Positions 49,891 through 59,263 of a stretch of 64,000 nucleotides of DNA are shown here, in pieces. The DNA comes from a virus. The translations under genes and the position numbers were made by a program. The DNA lies in the IMG/VR virus record IMGVR_UViG_3300030430_004105, positions 1-64,000 of that record. The stretch is one strand, 5' to 3'. Position 1 is the stretch's first letter; each line of letters starts with the position of its first letter. A model generated the notes under the pieces. It saw only the letters and a list, made by a program, of their open reading frames with translations, made no database searches and was not told the DNA's origin.

Positions 49891-51077
49891 TCTGTTAATC
49901 CCCATTTTTCAATTGCGATGTGATATTCTTCGCCATATTCCTTGTCAATTGATTGCCTCATAGCCATCGCTCCGCTCTTGGATCCATTAGGGTGTCCGTG
50001 AATCGCTCCTCCGACATTAGCCATATAGTCCAATCCAAAACGCTTGTTGATGGCTTTTACAAGCCCAGCATGCATACCACAACTGAGGGCTGGCATTACA
50101 TTTCTATTATGAAGAACGTCCAAAGTATTCTTAAGTTCGTCTTCGTTGTCAGACATATACCCTCCCCACATTCCAGCGTGAATAAAATCAACTCCCATCA
50201 AGCCAGCAAGATCACAAATAACATCCCAAGAGATGTGATAGTCATGAGATTTATTAGTCAAAACTTTGTCTCCGCTTTTCTGAAAGTGTATGAACATAGG
50301 AAGATCCAACTCTCTGATCGATTTGTAAACTCCCAGTCCACTCCAAAAATTAATGTGTACTGCGTTTGCTCCAAGTTCATATACCCTCTTTACTCTATCG
50401 ATAACATGATGAGGATCACAATTTATACAAACTGCATAGACAACATTCTTATCCTTCAAATATTCCATAATCTTTGGAACCCTTTCTTCGATTGGGCAGC
50501 ATGCAGGATTAGACATGATCTCATCTTCTTTGATGAAATTGATTCCACCTTCTACCATTTCTTTAACCATCTCTAGCAAGACATCACTGTTGACACCAAT
50601 CTTAGGCTTCACGATCCCTCCAAATAGTGGTTTATCGTGAGCACCAGTAAAGTCTCTAATACCATCAATTCCATATTTCGGCTTCATGAAATAATTATCT
50701 TCTATATGCTGTGGAAAGTCCACTTCCAAAAGATGACATTTGGTAACAATATCGATATCCATTTGTCCTCCCATAAACTGGCACAGCAAATGTGAAACGC
50801 CATCAGACTCAAAGTCAGTGTTGGCAATAGGAAAGGCAATTGTTACCTCTCCCTCTTGTTTTGTTTTAAGTACTTCTTCGTTACCAATCACAAAACAAGA
50901 GTGATTTTCAAACAACTCATCTGTTTCCCAATGGTTTCGGACATTAGGGTTTCCAACACTCTGTCCTATGCTCAAACCCCATGCAGCATCTCTTAAAGTT
51001 TCATTAGAAGATAAAAAATATCTACATAAAATGTATTTCTCTCTATCTATCTCGTCTATTGTTCTAAAAATTTTCAT
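49887..51077 (-). CDS. RuBisCO-like protein (form IV, RLP)
   Basis: PKYGIDGIR, GGIVKPKIG, GGINFIKEDE, GVDFIHAG, PALSCG, NVGGAIHGHP; lacks several carboxylase residues. Confidence 0.88.
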   Translation of the reverse strand: MKIFRTIDEIDREKYILCRYFLSSNETLRDAAWGLSIGQSVGNPNVRNHWETDELFENHSCFVIGNEEVLKTKQEGEVTIAFPIANTDFESDGVSHLLCQFMGGQMDIDIVTKCHLLEVDFPQHIEDNYFMKPKYGIDGIRDFTGAHDKPLFGGIVKPKIGVNSDVLLEMVKEMVEGGINFIKEDEIMSNPACCPIEERVPKIMEYLKDKNVVYAVCINCDPHHVIDRVKRVYELGANAVHINFWSGLGVYKSIRELDLPMFIHFQKSGDKVLTNKSHDYHISWDVICDLAGLMGVDFIHAGMWGGYMSDNEDELKNTLDVLHNRNVMPALSCGMHAGLVKAINKRFGLDYMANVGGAIHGHPNGSKSGAMAMRQSIDKEYGEEYHIAIEKWGLTE

Positions 51078-51796
51078 AATTCCTCCAATTTTGTTAAAAA
51101 ATTATTTAGTTCTTCAGGAGTTCCCATTCCCCTCATTTCATACACTGGATAAGGTTTAACAACCCCTCCTCTTGAGTTTATTAATATATTATACACTGGG
51201 CATATATAAAACTCATTGTTAAATCTAACGTTTCTAGATATCATCTCTTCGGCACAAGAAACATACTCTGATCCTTTAGCCCAATAATACATTCCAACTG
51301 TTGCAAAGTTACTTATCACTTGCTTTTCGGCAACTTGTGTAATGTTTCCTGTATTATAGTCTACTCTTGAATACGAGTGCTTTGGGCTATCAGATAAGAA
51401 AAACGGTATGCAACCATCCAAACCTTTACAATAGTTCTGGAAGTGTTTAGGATCCCAATCAACCCATTGATCCGCATTTGCAATAAATAATGGCTCGTCA
51501 TTATCAATATACTCTTTGGCTAGCAATGTTGTACATGCAGCACCCTCAGTTAAGCCATCTATCTCAACTAAAACAGAATTTTTTACACAATTTCGCAAAT
51601 ACTCTTTCATCTTTGGGTATTTTTCCATGTGTTGTTTTTGGACTATGAAAATGTGTTCATTTTCAGGTAATCCAATATTTTCAATGACTCTTTGAATCAT
51701 TGGTTTTCCGGCTACATCTATTAAAGGTTTAGGATCTGAGTAACCTGCTTTAAAAAATCTAGATCCTGCTCCTGCTAATGGTATTAATACTTTCAT
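51074..51796 (-). CDS. Sugar-phosphate nucleotidyltransferase (GT-A fold)
   Basis: IPLAGAGSRF...PKPLI, TEGAACT, IANADQ, EFYICPVYN, MGTPEEL. Confidence 0.85.
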   Translation of the reverse strand: MKVLIPLAGAGSRFFKAGYSDPKPLIDVAGKPMIQRVIENIGLPENEHIFIVQKQHMEKYPKMKEYLRNCVKNSVLVEIDGLTEGAACTTLLAKEYIDNDEPLFIANADQWVDWDPKHFQNYCKGLDGCIPFFLSDSPKHSYSRVDYNTGNITQVAEKQVISNFATVGMYYWAKGSEYVSCAEEMISRNVRFNNEFYICPVYNILINSRGGVVKPYPVYEMRGMGTPEELNNFLTKLEEL

Positions 51797-51805
51797 TTTT
51801 TCTCC

Positions 51806-52549
51806 TTAAAGTTTGTATGCCCATCTTACCAATGGCACCATTCCATCTTCTTTATTTTTGTAATAATTGTCATATTTTTTTTGTATCATAAAGTTACCCA
51901 TGTCTTCGAATAACCCCAGTTCTCTTAAATGCCTAGCGGCAATCATATGGTTAGAATCTAGTCCGTATGTTTCTAAAATATCATAAATTCTAGTAAAATT
52001 ATACATATTATCGGAATTTGCAACAAACAATAGATCCCCAACTTCATAGTAATGAGACTCTCTATCGCAGCAAGAACCACGACATATTTCTGGATTGTAC
52101 ATATGTATTGGATCTGAGCCATTGTGATAAAATCTTTTCATGTCTAATCTGGAATCTTCAAAGTCAATCTTTTCTTGCAATGCTAAATCAAATCTAGATA
52201 ATAATACGATATCGTACTTTATATTATGTTTTTGTTCATACTTTCTCATAACATCTAAAGATCGTTTGATAGAATACCAATTGCTTTTTATGGCAAATTG
52301 TCTAGTACTAAGATTAGAGCCAAAATCAATTTGATCTTGAAAAATACATCCTTTTGGATTATACATAGAAACCAACTCATCTTTAAATTGTCTATCCCAG
52401 CAATGAAAAAACACATCAACATCATTATGATCTAACAAGTTCTCTTTCCAATGTTTAAACCCAATCTTTGCCGCATTCATATTCTGCCGTCCTAAAACAT
52501 ACTTTTTATTATTTCCTACTTTTCCTCTCATACATAATGCTATTTTCAT
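51806..52549 (-). CDS. Putative glycosyltransferase-like protein
   Basis: MKIALCMRG...DVDVFFHCWD...YDIVLLSRFDL...GDLLF pattern seen in polysaccharide loci. Confidence 0.5.
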   Translation of the reverse strand: MKIALCMRGKVGNNKKYVLGRQNMNAAKIGFKHWKENLLDHNDVDVFFHCWDRQFKDELVSMYNPKGCIFQDQIDFGSNLSTRQFAIKSNWYSIKRSLDVMRKYEQKHNIKYDIVLLSRFDLALQEKIDFEDSRLDMKRFYHNGSDPIHMYNPEICRGSCCDRESHYYEVGDLLFVANSDNMYNFTRIYDILETYGLDSNHMIAARHLRELGLFEDMGNFMIQKKYDNYYKNKEDGMVPLVRWAYKL

Positions 52550-52552
52550 CTC

Positions 52553-53437
52553 TTACTCCCTTATATATAACCTAGATGCATACTTCACTAATTCACTTAA
52601 TTCATTCCATTTAGAATATCGATACGATTTATAATTGAATATCGGAACTGGGTTGTAACTATATTGCAACTGCAGAATCAGTCTTGGTTTAGTCTTAGGC
52701 ACAGTGCCTCTATGAATTCCATATGTGTCAGCAAACCAACTAGTTCCCGATTCTCCTGAAATAGTCTTTGCCAGATCACGACTGAAGTATTTGAAAACTT
52801 GCTCGTCTGAATATCTCACAATCTCAAACATGTCTTTTGGGAGATCGTCTTCTGTATGGCTCCTCTTTACATACACCTGCTCTCCTTCGCCCAGTTCCAC
52901 ATCACTAAGTAACACAAAAAATTTCACAAACTTATAATCGTCAGCATCTCTATGGAACAACTGCATGTTAATTGGCTCGCTCACATCTTGAGGAAAACTC
53001 CACATTGGAAGAACCAATGAAAGAGTTGCAGGGCATCCCAAATAACTAGATGCCATTTTTGTCAACCTTTCGTTAGTAATTAATTCGATCATATTAGGGC
53101 ATAATAGATTATCTTTTATCGTGTGTCTCCCAAGTTTAATGTTCTTAGGTATATTTGCCAAATCAAATTTTTGATGGCTACCATAGAAATCATAACAAGG
53201 TTTTGTTAAAAAATATTTGTACATATCCTGTGATTGATCTTGATCAAGAACGTTATCGATTATCATGACACCGTTTTTTCTCAACTCTTCACAGTCCATG
53301 TTAAAATCAAATTTGTACTCAGTCACAAGTCTGTTACAAGTTTCCATAGATCTGGAATGTCTTGTTGCAAGATCCAGAGTTGCTCTCTGTTCTTCCCACT
53401 CAGGAGTAGGAAACTTGAGTATCCAATTTTCAAACAT
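52553..53437 (-). CDS. PhyH-like Fe(II)/2-oxoglutarate dioxygenase
   Basis: FHRD...VKFFVLLSDV...YVKRSH...DTYGIHRG...RLILQ (HxD...H...R). Confidence 0.8.
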   Translation of the reverse strand: MFENWILKFPTPEWEEQRATLDLATRHSRSMETCNRLVTEYKFDFNMDCEELRKNGVMIIDNVLDQDQSQDMYKYFLTKPCYDFYGSHQKFDLANIPKNIKLGRHTIKDNLLCPNMIELITNERLTKMASSYLGCPATLSLVLPMWSFPQDVSEPINMQLFHRDADDYKFVKFFVLLSDVELGEGEQVYVKRSHTEDDLPKDMFEIVRYSDEQVFKYFSRDLAKTISGESGTSWFADTYGIHRGTVPKTKPRLILQLQYSYNPVPIFNYKSYRYSKWNELSELVKYASRLYIRE

Positions 53438-54026
53438 GTTTTATTTCCTTTAAGCAATTTTCGTGAAAGAAGTACACAGTGTCTTGTTTGTGCTTCAAAG
53501 GTAGTGTTTCTTCTGGGTGTAAGTTCATGAGTTTACCTCTCATTACTTTTGAAACCATCTCATGACATATAAAAATAATTTTTTGTCCCTCATATTTATC
53601 TAAAACAGATGATATTCTCTCACTTAATAATTCGTAACTCTCTCCCATCGGCACAATGTAGTGCCAATAATTACCTTTTTTGTACCTTCTGTCCAAAAAC
53701 CCCGGAAAGTCTCTTTCTATCTCTTCTTCTGTCTTTCCTTCCCAAAGCCCAAAGCAGTGTTCCTTTAAGTTTTCTTCTGTTATACACTGCATAAAATCAA
53801 CACCTAGAGATTCACATATTATGCTAGCATATTGCTGACATCTCCATTGAGGTGATGTAATAAATTTATATTCTCCTATATCTTTTCCTTCAAACTCCCT
53901 TTTGATCAAATCTGCTGTTCTTTTTGCTTGATCAATTCCTTTAATAGTCAGAGGAGAGTCTTTTTGTCCCTGCTTTCTTTTAGCCAAATTCCACACAGTC
54001 TGTCCATGTCTAATAATATAAATCAT
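53430..54026 (-). CDS. Histidine phosphatase (phosphoglycerate mutase family)
   Basis: IRHGQTVWN, SPQWRCQQ, LKEHCFGLWEG, GES, ICHE. Confidence 0.88.
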   Translation of the reverse strand: MIYIIRHGQTVWNLAKRKQGQKDSPLTIKGIDQAKRTADLIKREFEGKDIGEYKFITSPQWRCQQYASIICESLGVDFMQCITEENLKEHCFGLWEGKTEEEIERDFPGFLDRRYKKGNYWHYIVPMGESYELLSERISSVLDKYEGQKIIFICHEMVSKVMRGKLMNLHPEETLPLKHKQDTVYFFHENCLKEIKHV

Positions 54027-54865
54027 ACGTACTTCATATCCTTGAGAAAATCCAATTCCTCTTTATGAAACTCAGTCAGTCCAGCATTATTCTCTAGAAT
54101 CAATTTATCTATCGTTTCATTCATTTCTCTGTACTTTTCTGGTGTCAGAGCGCAACCTAAATGGTGGATACCCCAATCTAAAGAGAGAGAAAAGTGTCTT
54201 TCAATCATTCTGGCGCCTTGGAGAGTTGCTAAAATAGATGGTGCATATCCAATTTCATGCCCAGAATACCCTATCTTTATATTATCACTTTCAAATTTGT
54301 TCCGAAGGTGTGTTATATAAGTGATATTTGACTTGCCATCTGGTGTTGGGTAAATCGAAACTGTATGAAGCAAGAATGCTTTAAGTTTAAATCTATTAAT
54401 TTTATTAACTAACTTTGAAACAAACTCATCAGACTTTCCACCCAAACTTATTATTAGTGGCTTATCCTCCTTAGCGCACAAAGTCATAACCTTATCAACT
54501 AATTCTGTTTTACCAGCATCCATACTAGCAACTTTGTAGAAAGGAGGATCAAAAGTTTTAATGAATTCAAGCCCCTCTTCGTCATGTACAGTGCAGAACC
54601 ATCTTATTCCTTTTGAATTGCAGTAATTTGCTAAATATTCAAAATCTTCTTTACTTAACTCCAAAGATCCTCGATATGTCTTAAAATCAAAATTTCTCCA
54701 TTTTTTACCATCGTCTTTGTAATATTTTTTAACATTCTTGAATTTAAGTTTAATTAGATTTGCCCCACCGGATACGGCTTCGTCAATCATTTTTTGAGCA
54801 ATTTTAACCATACCTAGGTGGTTAATACTCAACTCTGCCACCATAATAGGTTTTTCAATTACCAT
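54023..54865 (-). CDS. NeuB-family PEP-dependent ulosonic acid synthase, no SAF domain
   Basis: VAELSINHLG, KVASMD, HTVSIYPT, GYSGHE, IERHFSL. Confidence 0.85.
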   Translation of the reverse strand: MVIEKPIMVAELSINHLGMVKIAQKMIDEAVSGGANLIKLKFKNVKKYYKDDGKKWRNFDFKTYRGSLELSKEDFEYLANYCNSKGIRWFCTVHDEEGLEFIKTFDPPFYKVASMDAGKTELVDKVMTLCAKEDKPLIISLGGKSDEFVSKLVNKINRFKLKAFLLHTVSIYPTPDGKSNITYITHLRNKFESDNIKIGYSGHEIGYAPSILATLQGARMIERHFSLSLDWGIHHLGCALTPEKYREMNETIDKLILENNAGLTEFHKEELDFLKDMKYV

Positions 54866-55509
54866 CTTCCCATTTCCTCCACTATTTGTTCAAATGTTTT
54901 TTCCGTTTCATTAATCAAGAAACGAACTCTTTTTTCTCTTTCTAATTGTTCCAGTGCAATCGATTTAAATCTATCTTTAAGATCAGATCTTACAATTATA
55001 ACACCATCTCTACTAGCAAACGAGTAATCATTTGGGGTTATCTTCACCCCCTCTATTTCAATATCAATCTGATATCTCGTCAAAGCCCAATAGTCTAAAG
55101 CATCAATTGGATTTTCGTCTTTACAAAACACAGGAAAATCTAGTTGATCAATAATATCGATATCTCTAACTACTCCATCTGTCACAAAACCTTTTGCTCC
55201 GAGTTTCTTATATATTAAAGAAGTTATATCACCACTATGTGCTACTTTGTCGTCATTCGCTTGTAAATAGACAATTGGATTATTCGCAAACATACTTGGC
55301 TTATACATATCAAGCCTTATATTGTCTAGTTTTGAATAATCTACTTTCCAATCTCGTACCACTTCTCCATAAGTAGTGAAACAATCTCCCTGAATAATCG
55401 AGGTATAGCCACACTTGGGCTTTATATTAATATAAAAATCTTTATATTGTTCACCCATCAGCCTTAACGAATCATATACTATACCCATATAAATATCATT
55501 TGGTAACAT
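54859..55509 (-). CDS. RraA/HMG-aldolase family protein
   Basis: AHSGDITS...GAKGFVTDGVVRDI...FPVF...IEGVKITPND...DGVIIV. Confidence 0.8.
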   Translation of the reverse strand: MLPNDIYMGIVYDSLRLMGEQYKDFYINIKPKCGYTSIIQGDCFTTYGEVVRDWKVDYSKLDNIRLDMYKPSMFANNPIVYLQANDDKVAHSGDITSLIYKKLGAKGFVTDGVVRDIDIIDQLDFPVFCKDENPIDALDYWALTRYQIDIEIEGVKITPNDYSFASRDGVIIVRSDLKDRFKSIALEQLEREKRVRFLINETEKTFEQIVEEMGRW

Positions 55510-56164
55510 TCATCAACCTCTCAATTAATTCTAGATCTTCATTGACATTTATATCTAAAGATTCAATTTTTGAAACCCCTATCATCATTGGGCTCTCTCC
55601 AACTCTTGTCTTGTTTTTAAGTAGAGAATCTACAGTTATGCCGTAAAGTCCGTGTGTCTCCATTTTCAAGATATCTAATTCAAAACTGTTAGGCAGTTCT
55701 TTGGTTGAAAAATTATAAGATTTCCCATCTTTCCAGAAATACTCTTGAACATCTACAGTCGTGAAAAAAGAATCGTGATGAGGAAGTCCGTGGTTAACAA
55801 ATCTTTCAATGCAAAAATCTATAGTTTCAGATCTTAACAATGGTGAAGTGCAAAATGTCTGCAATAGTATGTCACATTCGTCAACGCTGTGAAGTCCGTA
55901 TATCATCATTTCATTGGCACCTATGTCATTTGTTGCGAGACTAGGGTGTCTTTTGATTAATTTCAATCCTCTAGAAAAAAGCGACTTTACACTAGCAATG
56001 ATATCGTCACTTTCAGTATCTAGATAAACGTTGTCTATGTTTTCACATTTGAGTGCTTTTTCACATGCAAGAAAAACCAATGTCTTTCCATTGATTTCGT
56101 ACAAATTTTTATTTTTTATCCTTTTGCTAGTTCCTTTAGCAGGGATAATTAAATTGATTTTCAT
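55496..56164 (-). CDS. NeuA-family acylneuraminate cytidylyltransferase
   Basis: IIPAKGTSKRIKNKN, FCTSPLL, ETHGLY, SLDINVNEDL. Confidence 0.85.
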   Translation of the reverse strand: MKINLIIPAKGTSKRIKNKNLYEINGKTLVFLACEKALKCENIDNVYLDTESDDIIASVKSLFSRGLKLIKRHPSLATNDIGANEMMIYGLHSVDECDILLQTFCTSPLLRSETIDFCIERFVNHGLPHHDSFFTTVDVQEYFWKDGKSYNFSTKELPNSFELDILKMETHGLYGITVDSLLKNKTRVGESPMMIGVSKIESLDINVNEDLELIERLMNVTK

Positions 56165-56976
56165 ATTTTAAATCTCCGTATTTTTTTAGATAAAAAGCAT
56201 TTGTCTGATTCATATGCTTCTATTGAGTTTCCTAGTTTTTCAAAATACTCTGCAAACACTCTAGACAGATTAATCGAATCTAGCATTTCAGAGTTGTATG
56301 GCTTTCCACAAGGATTTATAGTTTTATTTCTAGATTCTTCATGATAAAAATGCTCAACAAAGCCTTCAATGCTGGGATCTGCATAATCCCACCCTACTGT
56401 TTTTACCTTATCAAACCCTAAATGCAAAGCAAAAAATAACACATTTTCATACATTATACCTGCTCCCCACTCTCTCATTAGTCCTGTTTTTTCAAAAGTA
56501 TAATTCTCTAAACCATCAAAATCTTCAAAATATTGTTTTCTAGATAAAGGCATTCTAGTAGGTGTGCCATTACCAGTTGTGTCTCTGTTTATTATTTGTC
56601 CAGTAACTCTAGAACAAATATCAACTTGTTGATTTTTCCAATACGCTGCTCTAGCAATAACCTCACTATTCCAATCAGATGATCCAATATAAAAACTTTC
56701 TTCTTTGTCGGGATAGTAGACATAGTTATTTGTATTAAAAAAATGAAAATCAATATAGTCTTTAAAAGGAAAATAACTTTGCTTGATAGTCATCAAACAA
56801 TTGTTTTTCAGTTCTAGTTTTAACTTTTCTTTATCAATGTCTTTTAGAGATGGGCCGCATCCTAAAATATAACACGTTTGTCCCTTGAATTTGTCTTTAA
56901 AGAAAGACAGCCTCTCTTCATAAGAAGAAAGACTTTTTGCTTCAGCGATTATACTTTTTATATCTTTTTTGTTCAC
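56161..56976 (-). CDS. Maf/DUF115-like (sialyltransferase-type) transferase
   Basis: FKDKFKGQTCYILGCGPSL...ALHLGFDKVKTVGWDY...HFY. Confidence 0.7.
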   Translation of the reverse strand: MNKKDIKSIIAEAKSLSSYEERLSFFKDKFKGQTCYILGCGPSLKDIDKEKLKLELKNNCLMTIKQSYFPFKDYIDFHFFNTNNYVYYPDKEESFYIGSSDWNSEVIARAAYWKNQQVDICSRVTGQIINRDTTGNGTPTRMPLSRKQYFEDFDGLENYTFEKTGLMREWGAGIMYENVLFFALHLGFDKVKTVGWDYADPSIEGFVEHFYHEESRNKTINPCGKPYNSEMLDSINLSRVFAEYFEKLGNSIEAYESDKCFLSKKIRRFKI

Positions 56977-56993
56977 ATAAACCTCTTTATATA

Positions 56994-57022
56994 TTATACG
57001 TTTAAGTTTGTCATTTTATTCA
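56994..57022 (-). promoter_or_regulatory. Putative promoter TGAATA-N16-CGTATAA
   Basis: TGAATA at 57022-57017 and CGTATAA at 57000-56994, overlapping the gmd 3' end. Confidence 0.7.
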
Positions 57023-57998
57023 AATTAATTTGCTCTCTTCTTAGATCTTTCTCGTACATCTCCATTGCAAGTTCTTCAAAATCATATTCAGGCACCCAGC
57101 CCAATGTCTTCATCATCTTGGATGGATCTCCCCATAACTTTGGCACTTCGCAAGGACGATAAAACTTAGGATCAATGACTACGTGATCTTTGATGTCCAG
57201 CCCAGCATAGTCAAAAACATACTCTAAAAATTCTTGAACTGAGTTAGTTTTACCAGTTGCTAGCACATAATCATCTGCTACATCGTGCTGAAGCATCATC
57301 CACATTCCTTTAACATAATCAGCAGCATGTCCCCAGTCTCTTTGGGCAGACAAGTTTCCAAGCCTTAGTTCATCTTGTAAGCCCAACTTGATTCTTGCAG
57401 CGGCTTTGGTAATCTTTCTGGTTACAAAGTTTTCTCCTCGTCTTGGAGATTCATGATTGAAAAGAATACCAGAGCATGCGTAAATCCCATAAGACTTTCT
57501 ATAAGTGCTTACCATATGGTGTGCTGCTAATTTAGCACATGCATAAGGCGAGACAGGAGAAAAGTGGGTATCAAGTCCTTGCGGACACTGAGTATTATCA
57601 CCAAACATCTCGCTCGTAGATGCCTGATAGAACTTGCAGGATGGCTTCTGGAGCCTTATTGCCTCTAGGGCATACAAACACCCCATCATATTGATCTCAG
57701 TCGTACTAACAGGCGTTTTAAAGGACGTACCGACATGTGATTGAGCAGCCAAATTATAGTATTCATCTGGTTGGTATTCAGATATCAAGCGATAAAGTGA
57801 AGAAGAATCTGTTACATCTGCCTCTTCTAAGATAAAATTACCGTCATCAAGTAAATGAGTTATGTTCTGGCATTTGTTTTCAAAGTCTGAAACTGTTCTT
57901 CGATATGTGCCTATAACCTTGTAGCCCTTATCAATCAGAAGATCTGAAAGATAAGAGCCGTCTTGTCCAGTTACTCCAGTAATTATTGCAGTTTTCAT
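56994..57998 (-). CDS. gmd: GDP-mannose 4,6-dehydratase
   Basis: ITGVTGQDGSYL, YNLAAQSHV, FYQASTSEMFG, SPYACAK, LFNHESPRRGENFVTRKI, RDWGHA. Confidence 0.95.
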   Translation of the reverse strand: MKTAIITGVTGQDGSYLSDLLIDKGYKVIGTYRRTVSDFENKCQNITHLLDDGNFILEEADVTDSSSLYRLISEYQPDEYYNLAAQSHVGTSFKTPVSTTEINMMGCLYALEAIRLQKPSCKFYQASTSEMFGDNTQCPQGLDTHFSPVSPYACAKLAAHHMVSTYRKSYGIYACSGILFNHESPRRGENFVTRKITKAAARIKLGLQDELRLGNLSAQRDWGHAADYVKGMWMMLQHDVADDYVLATGKTNSVQEFLEYVFDYAGLDIKDHVVIDPKFYRPCEVPKLWGDPSKMMKTLGWVPEYDFEELAMEMYEKDLRREQINLNKMTNLNV

Positions 57999-59263
57999 AA
58001 TAAAAACTCCTCTTCATCTGGGCTGTCAAATTGTATTCCTAGTTCTTCGTTAAAACGATTAAACCAATACTGCTCACCTTCATAAGAATCTCGAAGTTGC
58101 TCAGCCATTTCTGTCCATTTGTCAATATTTTCATAAACATCTCTCATTTTACTTTTAGCATCAGCATCATCAATATAAGCCCAACTAGATTCAGCATGAA
58201 GAACTCCATCCCAAACTGCATTTTGAGGAACCTGTCTCAGTTCACACTTAACAGCAGCAAACTTTTTCTTGTATGTTGTGATTTTGCCCCTAGTTTTTCC
58301 ACCTTTGAGTTTTCCGGGAGGGTTAATGTCCTCTTTGATGGCTAAAAAGTCTAAGTGTCCACTCCAATCTGTTGCTATAACAGGAAGCCCATTACAAGAA
58401 GCCTCATATAAAGGAAGTCCAAAACCTTCACCATGCGTAAAAGACACAACAGCCTTTACTTTAGGATGATTATATAAACCTTGCATTTGTTCGTCAGATA
58501 AATTTCCATGAAGTAGATTTATAGAACATTTCCACCCTCCTTCTTTTGCTGTTTTCGAAACTTGCTCAAATTGTTTTTTAATGTTATGGTAGTCCATAAC
58601 AGAATCGTTTGCCTGATGAACTTTGAAAAGCAAGCCAACTTCTTCATTCTTGAACTCTTCAAGAAAATTATGTAAAACAGCATCTACATTTTTTCGTGGG
58701 CCTAACTGAGCAACACATAGAAAGTTGAAATCATGTCTAAGGTTTAGATCCAGTTCTTCTACTTCGATATCTCTCTTAGGAAAACCAACGAACGACATAG
58801 GTGTATCGCATTTGTATTCAGGTATCTTTTGTCCAGTCTTGGTATCAGTTGCTTCATAAGAAGTGTCTCTATAAACTTCCATGCTGTGTTTAGAAATTGT
58901 GATAATTTTATCAACCTCATTTCCCTTTACCAACCATTCACCAGCAACTCTGTTAGTTTCAATACCTGCTGTATATCCAATATCATGAGGAGATAAACGC
59001 TTCCATTCGTTAGGTATTGTACACTGCACGGTTGCATCATATTGCCCATTGTTCTGCATATACAAAACTGTTTTTTGAAGCAACGCATCAATCAGTTTTC
59101 TTTCCTGATCGTCTCTCCAAATCCATCCTGATCTTCCCCAACTAATATTGTGTACATATAAATCAACTGCGGGGTTTGACATCAATGCCCTAAGAGCAAA
59201 TCTGCCCATTTCACCATATCCGGAACGTGAAAGTACCGGTGCCACTAATAATATTTTTTTCAT
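57995..59263 (-). CDS. Glycosyltransferase, GT-B (GT4-like)
   Basis: SRSGYG, RKNV, HGEGFGLPLYEA...PVIATDWSGHLDF. Confidence 0.85.
   Translation of the reverse strand: MKKILLVAPVLSRSGYGEMGRFALRALMSNPAVDLYVHNISWGRSGWIWRDDQERKLIDALLQKTVLYMQNNGQYDATVQCTIPNEWKRLSPHDIGYTAGIETNRVAGEWLVKGNEVDKIITISKHSMEVYRDTSYEATDTKTGQKIPEYKCDTPMSFVGFPKRDIEVEELDLNLRHDFNFLCVAQLGPRKNVDAVLHNFLEEFKNEEVGLLFKVHQANDSVMDYHNIKKQFEQVSKTAKEGGWKCSINLLHGNLSDEQMQGLYNHPKVKAVVSFTHGEGFGLPLYEASCNGLPVIATDWSGHLDFLAIKEDINPPGKLKGGKTRGKITTYKKKFAAVKCELRQVPQNAVWDGVLHAESSWAYIDDADAKSKMRDVYENIDKWTEMAEQLRDSYEGEQYWFNRFNEELGIQFDSPDEEEFLL

Noticed and set aside
49887-51077. Bona fide carbon-fixing RuBisCO (rbcL)
   Set aside because: E60, N123, H294 and K334 equivalents are substituted; no rbcS or phosphoribulokinase; glycan context.
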